Assembly: GCA_038087875.1 (NCBI GenBank)
Contig: JAXLNO010000862.1
Location: forward strand, 124,001 to 188,000
From: Malacoraja senta
Lineage: Eukaryota
DNA length: 64,000 nt
Direction of reading: 5' to 3'
The notes under the pieces were generated by a model. That model saw nothing but the letters and a program-made list of their open reading frames with translations, had not been told where the DNA came from and searched no databases. This document shows, in pieces, positions 51,395 through 63,307 of this stretch (position 1 is the stretch's first letter; each line of letters begins with the position of its first letter). A program made the translations under genes and the position numbers.

Positions 51395-52790
51395 TCGAAT
51401 AGAATACGTTTTATTGTCATTGCACAGCAACTGTACAACAAAATGTCAGTGCATCTCCTTCAGTGGTATACAATAAAAGACAGGATAAAAAGATTTAAAA
51501 GAACAAAAACACAATCAACCATTAACTCTCATATTACCAGCAAGATCAATGAATAAAATAAATAAATAGATAGTAGAAATATTGCACATTATATTGCACA
51601 CTCCAGCAGACAAATGTTTATATTGCACCACGAATTGTGTTGTGTTGCCTGCAGTGTTATCTATTTGAGTTTAGTTCTTTAATGGCACATGGGTAGAAAC
51701 TGATAATTAGTCTACAAGTGCGGGCATTCAGAGACCTGTATCGCCTCCCAGAAGGCAGCAGAGTGAAAAGGTGGTTGGCAGGGTGGGATGAGTCCTGTGT
51801 GATGTTTGTGGCCCGACGTAAACATCGGGCCCTGTAAATGTCTTCCAGGGAGGGTAGTTGAGCGTTTGTGATGCTCTGTGCTGTTTTAATAACTCTCTGT
51901 AGTGCCTTCCTTCCAGCCACAGTGCAGCTAGCAAACCACACCAGGATGCCATAGGAGAGGATGCTTTCCACGGCGCACCGGTAGAAGGACAGCAGCAGCT
52001 GCTGTGAGACGTTTGCTCTCCGCAAGACCTCAGGAAATATAGCCGCTGCTGAAACTTCTTTATGAGAGTGATGGTGTTCACTGTCCATGTGAGGTCCTGG
52101 GAGATGTATGTGCCCAGGAACTTAAAGTCAGTGACTCTCCCCACCATGTCTCCTTTGATGTAAAGAGGAACAGGTTCCTCTCTCCTCCTCCTGAAGTCAA
52201 TAACCAGTTCTTTTGTTTTGGTTGAGTTGAGTACCAGGTTATTGTTAGTGCACCAGACAGTCAGTTTTTGGACTTCATCTCTGTAGGCAGACTCGTCGTT
52301 TTTATTTATCAGCCCCACCACAGTCGTGTCATCTGCAAACTTAATGATCCGGTTTGTGCTGTGTGTTGGTGTGTAGTCATGGGTGTATATTGTGTAGAGA
52401 ATAGGACTCAGCACACAACCTTGTGGCACTCCTGTGCTGAGCGTCAGGACTGGGGAGTGATTGGACCCCATCCTGACAGTCTGTGGGCGATCTGCTAAGA
52501 AGTCCTTGATCCATCTGCATGTGTTGGCATTTACACCCAGGACAGACAATTTGTCTACCATTCTGCTGGGGATGATGGTATTGAATGCAGAACTGAAATC
52601 TACAAACAACATCCTCACATATGAGCCGGGGCGCTCCAGATGAGTCAGTGCAGAATGTAGAGCTATGTTGATGGCGTCCTCTGTTGACCTGTTAACTCTG
52701 TATGCAAACTGATGCTGATCCAGGGTGGATGGGAGTGAGGATTTAATGTGGGCCAGGACCAGCCTCTCAAAACACTTCATCACAGTTGAA
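51395..52790 (-). mobile_element. Rex1/Babar-clade LINE, 5'-truncated
   Basis: ORF 51728..52783 ([48 protein letters not shown]) plus frameshifted C-terminus; gacaataaa plus (ATTCT)n tail. Confidence 0.92.
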
Positions 52791-52847
52791 GTAAGAGCAA
52801 CAGTTGAAGTAAGAGCAACAGGATATCAAGTTAAACTAAGGCAACAC

Positions 52848-53132
52848 AGAGGCACAGTGATAGAGTGGCTGTCTTACAGCATTAGAGACCCGGGTTCGAT
52901 CCTGACTAGAGTGCTGACTGGATGGAGTTTGTACGTTCTCTCTGTCACCCTGTGGGTTTTCTCTGGGGGCTCCGGTTTCCTCCCAAATACAAAAGACGTG
53001 CAGGTTTGTAGGTTAATTGGCTTCTGTAAATTGTCCCTAGCTTGAAGGACAGAAATAGTGAATGGACAATTGCTGGTCAGTGTGGACTCAGTGGCCCAAA
53101 GTTCCTGTTTCCATACTCTCTCTAAACTAAAC
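52848..53132 (+). mobile_element. tRNA-derived V-SINE (HE1-like)
   Basis: B-box GGTTCGATCCT, V-domain-like core, CTAAA tail; homologous to 1173-1480. Confidence 0.85.
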
Positions 53133-53454
53133 CAAAACTAATTTCCACTGCCTGCATGTGATCCATATCCTTGTATTCGCTGCACATTCACAAGCCTGTC
53201 CAAAACCTTCTTAAGCACCATTATCATGTCCTCCTCTACCACCACTCCTGGCAGCGCATTCTAGGTATCAAGCTCTCTCTGTGAAAAAAAACACTTGACC
53301 TGCACATCTCGTGTAAATTTTGCCCTTCGAAGCTTAACGCTGTGCTCTTTTGAGATGTGTGATAGACATGCAATCCCATTAGGGGCTGTCAACTGTGGTC
53401 AAGAAAATCCATGGTTAACTAATATGAAAGACATCAATTACACTTTCTCCCCGT

Positions 53455-55400
53455 CAAACAGGGATGTAATGCTGAGGTTCTATAAGGCGCCGGTCAAGCC
53501 ACATTTGGAGCATTGTGAGCAATTTTGGGCATCATATCTGAGGAAGGATGTGCTGGCTCTAGAGAGGGTCCAGAAGAGGTGTACAAGAATGATCCCAGGA
53601 ATGAATGGGTTAACATATGATGACCATTTGATGGCAGTGGGCCTGTACTTGCTGGAGTTTAGAAGAATAAGGGGGGACCTCATTGAATCATACAAAATAG
53701 TGAAAGACTGTTTGCCTTTTGAAATTGGTTCGATTATGTTTGCTTCCACAAAATTGCATTAAAAAACATATAGTGAAAATCCTATAATATATAGTGGTAT
53801 ACGAATTTGGAAACAATTAAAAAAGACTTTAAAATTGGATAATTTATCACTGTCTCCCCATTATAAACAACCCTTTATTCAAACCTTCCATATTGGATAA
53901 AGACTTTACACAATGGAAAAATTATGGAATAAAAAAGATGGGACATCTTTATAGGAAAGGCACTTTTCTTTCATTTCAGGAGTCACAACAGATTTACGGA
54001 CTACATTCAAATAACTTTTCCAGATATTTACAACTTGAAGATTACATTAAATCAAATACACAAGATTACAGAACTAGGGAACCAGAAATCCTTGATGAAT
54101 GTTTGAATAAACATCCTAATACAGAAAAATTAATATCTCATATATATAATACCCTCTTAGATAGTGAGGTCCCGCCGACGGATTTATATAGACACACGTG
54201 GGAAAATGAATTAGGCCAACCCATAACGAAAGATATTTGGGACGAAAGTCTACAATATATACATCAATGCTCGTTAAATGCCAGACATGCCTTAATACAA
54301 TTTAAAGTATTACATAGATTACATTACTCAAACAAAATTAAATAGAATCTTCCCACATATCTCTCCTATTTGTGATAAATGCCAGCATTTAGAGGCTAAC
54401 TTAACTCATACCTTTGTAAATTGTATAAAAATCAAAAATTCTGGACGGACATTTTCAGAATAATTTCTGAATTAGTCAATACCCAATTGGATCCCGACTC
54501 AAAACGAATAATATTAGGAATATCAGAACAAAGCCTAAGACTTACAATAAACCAAAGAAACTTTCTTGATTATAGTATAATAATTGGGAAAAAATTAATA
54601 TTAAATTTTGGAAAGGTCCTATAACCCCCACAATTAAAATGTGGATTATGGAAATGTCGGAGGCCTTACATTTGGAAAGAACTAGACTTGTCTTAATTGA
54701 CAAACATGAATTATTTAATAGAATATGGTCTCCATTTATTGATTTTTTGAAAGGGTAAATTGGTTCAGCATGGGAATCTAACTAAAATCCAAGCTCAGGA
54801 TTAGATGAATAGTTATGCTTTATAACTTACGGACCTATCTCCAAAGTTGTATTATTGGTAAATTATTCCATTCTTCTTTATCATGCTTTTAAATTTCTCA
54901 CTTTCTATCTATAAAAAAAAACTAAATAGAAGCAGATTTAATATACAATTGATAAAGGAGGACCACTATTATTTTGATAGTTGGACTCCCACCTATTAGC
55001 AAAGTAGGATTGATATATAAGAAATGTTTGTATTATGATATGCACATGCTTCTAATAAAAATATTTAAAAAAAACAAATAGTGAAAGGCTTGGATAGATG
55101 TGGAGAGGATGTCTCCAATGGTGGGAGAGTCTACGACGAGAGGTCATAGTCTCAATATTAAAGGACATTCCTTTAGGAAAGAGATGAGGAGGAATTTATT
55201 TTGTCAGAGGGTGGTGATTCTGTGGAATTATTTGCCACAGAAGGCTGTGGAGTCCGTCAATGGATATTTTTAATTCTTGATTAGTATGCACGTCAGGGGT
55301 TATGGGGAGAAGGCAGGAGAATGGGGTTAGGAGGGAGAGATAGATCAGCCATGATTGACTGGCGAAGTCGACTTGATGGGCCGAATGTTCTAATGCTGCA
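53455..55400 (+). mobile_element. CR1 3' portion interrupted by an L1
   Basis: PHLEHCEQFWA.YLRKD..ALERVQ up to 53706; resumes at 55076 with a CR1 tail. Confidence 0.85.
53707..55075 (+). mobile_element. 5'-truncated L1-clade LINE
   Basis: ORF 53893..54345 (HQCSLNARHALIQFKVLHRLHYS); polyA; 12-bp TSD AAATAGTGAAAG at 53695-53706 and 55076-55087. Confidence 0.9.
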
Positions 55401-55735
55401 CCCATCACTTATGACCTTATGACTCAGTTGGCTTCCTCCATGTGCTCCAGTTTTGTCCAATATACCAAAGACGTGCCAGTGAGTTAGTTGGACATTGCAA
55501 ATTATCCGTCGTGGAGCTGAATGCAAGGAGAATCCGAGGGAGCTGAGTGCAAGTTGTGAGAGAGAGCTGTGGAACAGTTTGTCGACATTGCATTGAAAAC
55601 TAGCATAGAATCAATGGGCCAAATGACCTTTCCCTCTGTCATGATTGGGTCAGAGATAATATTACTCATTGCCTCAGAGTGAAATATTACTCATTGCCTA
55701 CCATCACAAAACAACATCCTTTGTTCTGAACTCAC

Positions 55736-56011
55736 CTTTTCTGGTCAGGTATGTCTTTCCAATTGCATAGTATGTAAGCCATAGATCCACATAGTCATGT
55801 TCTAACAAGCTCTTGAAATAACGGTTCATTTTTTCATTCTTGTCCCATTTCTCTTTGAAGGGCTCAGCTATTGGATCATGCACCGTCCACTTTAGTTTGT
55901 CCTTATCAAAACTAAATGCATATCTTCCATCAAAAGCCAACTTCAATATCCCTACAGTGGGACTGTGATCGTTCACCTCACAACCAAACTGTCCTTGAAC
56001 GTAGTGATAAT
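55736..56011 (-). CDS. MHC class I-like alpha2-domain exon (non-classical; functional or pseudogene status unknown)
   Basis: 276 nt, phase 1/1, acceptor tttctttcAG, donor G|GTGAGT. Peptide (D)YHYVQGQFGCEV...AFDGR...KWT..DPIA..FKEKWD...LLEHDYVD..LTYY..GK.YLTRK aligns with the class I alpha2 pattern. Confidence 0.88.
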
Positions 56012-56149
56012 CTGAAAGAAAAATAATAATCATTATTTGATTAATTGTTATGACTGGGTAATTTCTGAACACCAGGGTCCAAGTCATTTATATATGTCAC
56101 AAGTAGCAAGGGTCACAGCACAGATCCCTGCAGAACTCTACTTGTCACT

Positions 56150-56625
56150 GAACTACAGCCTGAATATTTGGTCTTCCGTGCAACTGTAGAGACCATATTA
56201 TTGTACGGGTGTGAGGCATGGACTCTCACTCCAGCACTGTCCTAGTCTCTTGATGGTACCTACACCCGAATGCTCGGAAAAGTTCAAAATGTCAGATGGA
56301 GGGACCACATCACCAACGCCCAGCTCTATGGGGAGAATCCACCTCTGACCGAGAAGATCACGTTGAGAAGGATGAGACTCGCAGGTCACTGGCTCCGTTA
56401 CCCAGAAATGCCAGCAAACAAGGTTGTGCTGTGGGAACCCACCCATGGAAGACTTGACCCAGGACGGCCAATCAAGATTATGCTGAAGACGTTCATGGAA
56501 GACGCATGTGTAGAGATAAAAGAGGCGCCTGTCAGCTGCATGGACAGAGATGTGTGGTGCGTCCGTCACCGTGCCCGTCGGAAACCAGCACGGCACTAAT
56601 GTTTTCAACGATTATTATTATCATC
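56150..56625 (+). mobile_element. RTE-clade LINE 3' fragment
   Basis: LLYGCEAWTL..., RMLGKVQNVRWRDHITNAQLYG..RRMRLAGH..R..E..A..V.LWEP; (ATT)n tail. Confidence 0.8.
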
Positions 56626-56774
56626 CACTACACCCCCTCTGTCCTGGGGATTTATCCACATTTCTCTTCAAGTGATCCAACATCTCCTTCTTGCTTAACT
56701 TCAAAGTGTCCCTGCATGTTAGCATTCTCCACATTGATTCTCCATGTGTAAGCAAGAACTGCAGATGCAGCAGA

Positions 56775-57600
56775 TGTTAAAATCGAAGAGAGACACAAAA
56801 TGCTGGAGTAACTCAGCGGGTCAGGCAGCTTCCATGGAGAGAAGGAATGGGCATCGTTTTGTGTCGAGACCCTTCTTCAGACTGATGTCAGGGGAGGGAC
56901 AAAGATAGAATGTAGGCGGAGACAGTAAGACTGGTGGGAGAATTGGGAAGGGGGAGGGGAGGGGATGGAGAGAGAAATCAAGGGCTATCGAAAGTAATAG
57001 AAGTCAATATTCATACCGCTGGAGTATAGACTACCCAAGCGAAATATGAGGTGCTGTTCCTCCAATTTGGGCTGGGCCTCACTCTGACAATGGAGGAGGC
57101 CCAGGACAGAATGGTCAGATTGGGAATGGGAGGGGGAGTTGAAGTGCTGAGCCACCGGGAGATCAGGTAGGGTAAGACTGACTGAGGGGAAGTGTTCAGC
57201 AAAACGATCGCCGAGCCTGCGCTTGGTCTCACTGATGTAGAGAAGTTGACAACTGAAACAGCGGATACAGTAGATGAGGTTGGAAGAGGTGCAAGTGAAC
57301 TTCTGCCTCACCTGGAAAGACTTTAGGTCCTTGGACAGAGTCGAGGGGGGACGTAAAGGGACAGGTGTTGCATCTCCTGCAGTTGCAGGGGAAAGTATCC
57401 GGGGAGCGGGTGGTTTGGGTGTGAAGGGACGAGTTGACCAGGGAGTTTCGGAGGGAAAGGTCTCTGCGGAAAGCAGAAAGGGGTGGAGATGGGAAGATGT
57501 GACCAGTAGTGGGATCCCGTTGGAGGTGGCAAAAATGTTGGAGGATTTTATGATGTACTTACTATTAATGGTCCTTACTATTCTACATGTCTTGCTTGGT
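56775..57600 (-). mobile_element. Penelope-like GIY-YIG/3' fragment with pLTR
   Basis: ORF 56985..57638 (FTCTSSNLIYCIRC..C.LLYISET.RRLGDRFAEH); degenerate CTGAAGAAGGGTCTCGAC core at about 56860-56881. Confidence 0.88.
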
Positions 57601-57679
57601 GAAACCAAACCTCGCCTATATCCACAAACTCCAAGCACATATTCCCTTCTATATCCTTAAGCAATCCACCTTTTGCTGC

Positions 57680-58360
57680 AATGGTTGCCTCGCCAACAGT
57701 ATGTCTGTCCCTTCCTTCTTTGTGTCCGTTTTGTATGTGTTAAATGTATATTCTTTAGTGTTCTTTAGCTTGTTTTGGGGTGGGGGGGGGGGGTGGGGGA
57801 GTTGTGGGAAACTTTTCCTAATCTCTTACCTCGACGTTGATGCGATATTTTCTGTATCATATCTCCGTCCACAATGCGGCCTAACATTGAGGAATGGCGG
57901 CCTTTGCTAGAGATCAACCGGGAGATCCATTGCAGGAGCCTGTGGACTTACCATCATGGAGCTTGCAATCCCTGTCGGGGATCAACTTTAGGGCTCCAAC
58001 TGTGAGAGCCTGCAAGAATTTAACATCGCGGAGCCCGCGGTCCTCGGTCGAGACCGACATCCGGGACCTCCAAGCCGCAGGAGTTTCGACCGCTCCGACC
58101 GCTCCGATGTGGGAGTTTCGATTCCAGGTTTTGACCACCGACTGCAGATTGTTTGACTGCCCCGACCGCGGGAGATAAAGAGGAAGGAGATTAGACTTTA
58201 TTGCCTTCTATCACAGTGAGGAACGTGGTGTCTCCTCTGTTGTGGATGTTTATGTTAACTTTTACGTTATTGTGTGTCTTGTTGCTTTTTTTTGTATGGT
58301 GTATGGTAGTCTGCATTTCAATGTACCTTAATTGGTATATGTGACAATAAACTAACCATG
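57680..58360 (+). mobile_element. Unclassified GC-rich non-autonomous retroelement (family of 16772-17568)
   Basis: Same architecture; core GCCTTCTATCACAGTGAGG; gtgacaataaa tail. Confidence 0.7.
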
Positions 58361-58452
58361 AAACTTTGAAAAAGATGTGGGATTTTCTGTAATCCAACTC
58401 ACTAAAGCCACTTTGTGGCCTTTATTAGCCCCTTTACTTTTAAGCTTTAGAG

Positions 58453-60330
58453 CAGTTGTTCTTAATCTTTTTAGCCCCACGACCCCATCAGGCATTCTTG
58501 ATCAGTACCGTGACCTCTGAAACAAAATTTGGAAAAAAACAGCCCGATTTATTAAAACATGTCTGCCAATGCTCAGTCAATGGGATGGCTGAAATTGCTT
58601 CGCAGTCATCAGGCAATCAAAACGAGCACGAATGCTCGACAGGCAGCATCTCATGTCAGTGTCGATCACAAGCCTATTACGTACCTTCGTTTTCAGAGTT
58701 ACCATAGTTGCGAATCCACCCTCACAGTGAGAGGTTGAGGGGACTGGACCAATAGAGTCAGGGCCCTCTTCGAAAGAGCAGGTCAGTCCTTCACTTTCAG
58801 CCAAAATGTGGCGAGCTCTTGTTCCATGAAGTCACTCTTGAGTTGCGCATCTCCACGAATTCGGTAAAATTCAACCTTCGCAGTCACGTCAGTATCACTG
58901 ATGCCACCGTCTTCAACGGAAAAGGGTCGGATGATCCACTGATCACGAGAGCGGTCGTCCAGTCCGGGGAAGTTACGTTCGATGGCTTCACTAATTGCCA
59001 GAAGGTGGGTTGAGATCTCCTCATGGAAGTGGCTTTCAGCATCAGGCATAGCATCCAGGAGAGTCATCATCTCAGGGAAGATAGTCGAGTCACCGTCCTG
59101 GACTCTTCTCTGGTAAAGGTTCCTCCTGAATGCTGCCACTTTGCCATTGGGAGGTTTCCTTGAAGTGACAGGTTCAAGGAATTCACCTCGGTGAAGAAGT
59201 CAGCCAAGTAAGCAACCTTCATCACGAACAGTTCAACCTGCATCTTTTCATGAAGCTGATTCTCCTTCACAGTACCCCTTCTCTCCAAGAACAACACTAT
59301 TTCCTCTCAACGTTGAATCACATGATTGAGAACTTTACCACGCAAAAGCCAGCGCACCTCTGTGAGGAATAACAGAATAGTGAAATCGGCGCCCATTTCT
59401 TCACATCGCTTTGAAGATTCTTGAGTACGTTGCGCTCTCTCGGATGTGGTTCACAATCTTCACCACATCTGAAAGCACTTCTCGAAGACCAAGAGGGAGA
59501 GTCTTCATCGCTAAAGCATGGCGATGTATCATGCAGTGGGTGAAGGAGACATGGGGAGCGAGATCCTTCACGAAGGCTTGGAAACCGGATCTGCAACCGA
59601 CCATGGAAGGTGCCCCAACTGTACACATCCCGACAAGGCATTCCCAGCCTAGCTCATGTTTGATGAGGAAGGCTTCCAGCATTCTGAACACATCTTCTCC
59701 CCGAGTGGTAGTAGCCAATGGCTCCGAGAACAGGTACTCCTCCTCCTCCGTCATGGCTTTTCCATTGAGGTAACAAACGTAGACTAGCAGTTGGGAACAT
59801 GAGGCAACATCTGTTGACTCGCCCAGTTGCAGTGAATACACTGGACTTCTCGTCACAGCCCTCACTACTTGCAGCAGAATATCATTACTCATATCCGAGA
59901 TTCAACTTTTGACTGTGTCATTCAAAAGGGAAATCTGCCTGAACTTGTTTGACTGCTGTTCCCCCAGCACCAACTTTGCTGCTTCGAGAAGGCATGGCTT
60001 GATAAGCTCTTCACTGATGCTGTGAGGTTTCTTAGTCTGTGCGATTCGATAAGCAATCCGGTATGAAGCCTCCAACGCTGCTTCATTTTGATGAGCGAGT
60101 GACCCGTTGAATAGATGCGGGATCCCTTGAGTATGGCTTCTTTTCGTTTGAAATAGTCCACGCTCTTCCCCGCCAGGTTGCTGTGACAAGACTCCAAATG
60201 GATCTTCAGTTTGCAGGGCTTCATGCTCTCGTGACTCAAAACCTTGGCACAGAGAACACATTGCGGCTTGACCACGGATTTGGAACAATGCTTGTGAAGC
60301 CCAACTTGGGAAATGTTTCACTATACGTGC
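58453..60330 (-). mobile_element. hAT transposon, Buster/Charlie type, with a nearly complete frameshifted transposase
   Basis: KPQCVLC..VLSHESMKP.KL..HL; SLQLGESTD; HCMIHRHAL; C-terminal KTKVRNRL...KQFQPSH; terminus CAGTTGTTCTTAA preceded by CTTTAGAG (nnnTAnnn). The other TIR was not found. Confidence 0.88.
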
Positions 60331-60799
60331 GCATCTTGGAAGACATGGTTCACAACACACACTGTTTGTGCGTGTATACGCAGGGCCTGAGAGGAATTTT
60401 ATCAGTGGATACAAAGTTTCTTTTGGGCCCCCTTCCCTACTCCATTAGTCATCCTGTTTTTATCCACTATGCTACAGTTTTATGCCTTGAGCTGTAGCCT
60501 GCACGGCAAAAAGGGGTACGGAAGTTGAGAGAGGGGTGGAATGGGGCGCTCTGTTGATTTTCTGCATTTGAGGCCTTATGTCCCTATACACCCTCCATGA
60601 TAAATATAAATAAATATAAATAAAATAAAAGGATCAGAAAGCACATTTGTTTTCCTTCACTCTATGGATGCTGCCTCACCCATTGAGTTTCTCCAGCATT
60701 TTATCTACCTTTGTTTTGAACATCTTTGTTTATGCTACAATACAGATAAGGAGAAAGAATTCACATTAAAACATCCTTTTATATTTAACCGCAAAACCG

Positions 60800-61165
60800 C
60801 TGGCCTGCGGCCTATAACATCCTGAAGCTGCGGTCTCCAGTAGGAAAGTGTCGAGTCGGGACCTCCAAGCCGCAGAGTGTGTTTGTCCGTCCCAACGTCG
60901 GAGTTTGGATCATCCCGACGAGAGGGCCTTGTACATCGGGCCGTCCCTTGCGGCGACTACGGAGGGGTTATGGCCCCGAACACGGGTGAACAATGGAGGA
61001 GGACTTGCTGAAACTTGTTGCCTTCCACCACAGTGAAGAATGCTGTAGTGGATGTTTGTGTTCAATTTTATTGTGTATTGTGTGTTCTTTTTACATGTAT
61101 CACTGCTGGCAAATTCACTTCACTGCACCTTCGTGTGTATGTGATGAATAAAACTGACTTTAACT
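60800..61165 (+). mobile_element. Truncated GC-rich non-autonomous retroelement (same family)
   Basis: Core GCCTTCCACCACAGTGA; gtgatgaataaaactgact tail. Confidence 0.65.
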
Positions 61166-61224
61166 TTGAATACTTAGGCTGGCCAAATCCACAAGACGTT
61201 CATGAGACATTGTCGACCTTAAAT

Positions 61225-63307
61225 AATTCTTAATCAGCTTGAGTTTGCTAAATGACCTCTCTGCAGAAGCTACTGTTGCTGGAATTGTTAATAGTATTCT
61301 GAAGCTAACACAAACATTTGGAAACAGGTTACCAAGTCAATAGTCTGTTAACAAGTTCAACAGATCTAATGGTTCAACAATCAACAATCAGTTTTATTCG
61401 TCACATTGCACATAAAGTGCAAGTGAAATGAATTTGCCAGCAGCGGTACAATCATAAAGAACACACAAAAACACACTAAACATTTAACACAAACATCCAC
61501 CACAGCATTCATCACTGTGGTGGAAGGCACAAAATTTGGCCAGTCATCCTCCATTTTCCCCCGTGGTTGGGACCTCAACCCTCCGCAGCCGCCGCTGCGG
61601 GCATCCAGATAAGTGAAAGTCCAGGTAAGTCCTGAAACGGTGCCCCCACCGGAGACCGCGGCTTCAGGTTGGTGTAGGCCGGCGGTCGAAGATTTAAATG
61701 TTCCCGCCGAGCCGCAGCCAGAAGCACCACAGACTGCAGGGCCGGCAGTCGAAGCTCCCCTCCAGGGGACCCCGGCGAGGGCCCCCGCTCCCGATGGTAT
61801 TAAAAGTATATAAATGCTCGATTAATGTAAGACACACTTTAATACAATTTAAAATTTTACATAGATTATATTATTCGAAAACTAAAATTCATAAAATTTT
61901 CCCAAACGTATCATCTATTTGTGATAAATGTCAATCCCAAGAAGCAACTATAGCGCACTCATTTGTCTTCTGTACAAAAATTCAAAAATTTTGGAATGAA
62001 ATTTTTGAAATCTTTACAAAGTTATTTAAAACAAGACTGATACCCAAAGCAGAATGGATTATCTTCGGAATAACGGAAGATGATCCAGAACTAAATGTGT
62101 TTCAAAAGAAATTAATGGATTATGGGTTAATAACTGGAAAAAAGCTAATTCTAAAATTTTGGAAGAAGGCTCAAATACCAACTATAAATATGTGGATTTC
62201 AAATATGTTTGAAACACTACACCTTGAAGAGATAAGACTCCTCCTAGCAGGTAAACCAGATCACTTCCACCTGACGTGGTCTGCATTTATAGAATTATTA
62301 CAAATATAGGGTGCAAAAGTACTTTAAAAAAATAAAAAATTGAGGTCGGGTAAGGGGGGATGATAGTTGAAGAGTTGGTATGTCCTATTTACGTGATGCT
62401 CAAAAAAAACATTTGTTTTTCTTTTTTTCTCTTTCTCTTTTCTTTTCTTAGGGCCTATTTCTTAACTCTTTTTCTTTTTGTTTTTAATTTCGCTCTCATA
62501 GGGTCTTCGTCCTTTTTTGTTGTTACATTTTCTACACTTTTCTACACTTTCACTTTTTCCTTCACTTTCTTCTCTCTTTCAATCTTTTCTTTCTTTAGTG
62601 TAAAAAAATAAATAAAGGGAGTACATTAATTGTAAGAAGATATAAATGACGAGTATTAATGTATGTGGCTGTGATGTAATGTACTTCTAATAAATAAAAA
62701 TTAAAAAAAAAAAAAAAAAAAAAAAAATTCTTAATCAGCTTGAGTTTGCTAAATGACCTCTCTGCAGAAGCTACTGTTGCTGGAATTGTTAGTAGTATTC
62801 TGAAGCTAACACAAACATTTGGAAACAGGTTACCAAGTCAATAGTCTGTTAACAAGTTCAACAGATCTAATGGTTCAACAATCAACAATCAGTTTTATTC
62901 GTCACATTGCACATAAAGTGCAAGTGAAATGAATTTGCCAGCAGCGGTACAATCATAAAGAACACACAAAAACACACTAAACATTTAACACAAACATCCA
63001 CCACAGCATTCATCACTGTGGTGGAAGGCACAAAATTTGGCCAGTCCTCCTCCATTTTCCCCCGTGGTCGGGACCTCAACCCTCCGCAGCCGCCGCTGCG
63101 GGCATCCAGATAAGTGAAAGTCCAGGTAAGTCCTGAAACGGTGCCCCCACCGGAGACCGCGGCTTCAGGTTGGTGTAGGCCGCAGGCCGGCGGTCGAAGA
63201 TTTAAATGTTCCCGCCGAGCCGCAGCCAGAAGCACCACAGACTGCAGGGCCGGCAGTCGAAGCTCCCCTCCAGGGGACCCCGGCGAGGGCCCCCGCTCCC
63301 GATTGTA
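61225..63307. repeat. About 575-bp direct repeat (61225-61799 and 62726-63307) flanking an L1 fragment
   Basis: Near-identical copies (about 4 substitutions and one 7-bp indel seen). Confidence 0.93.
61800..62727 (+). mobile_element. 5'-truncated L1-clade LINE with a long polyA tail
   Basis: KCSINVRHTLIQFKILHRLYYSK..C.KC in ORF 61698..62309; AATAAA then about 25 A at 62703-62727. Confidence 0.92.
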
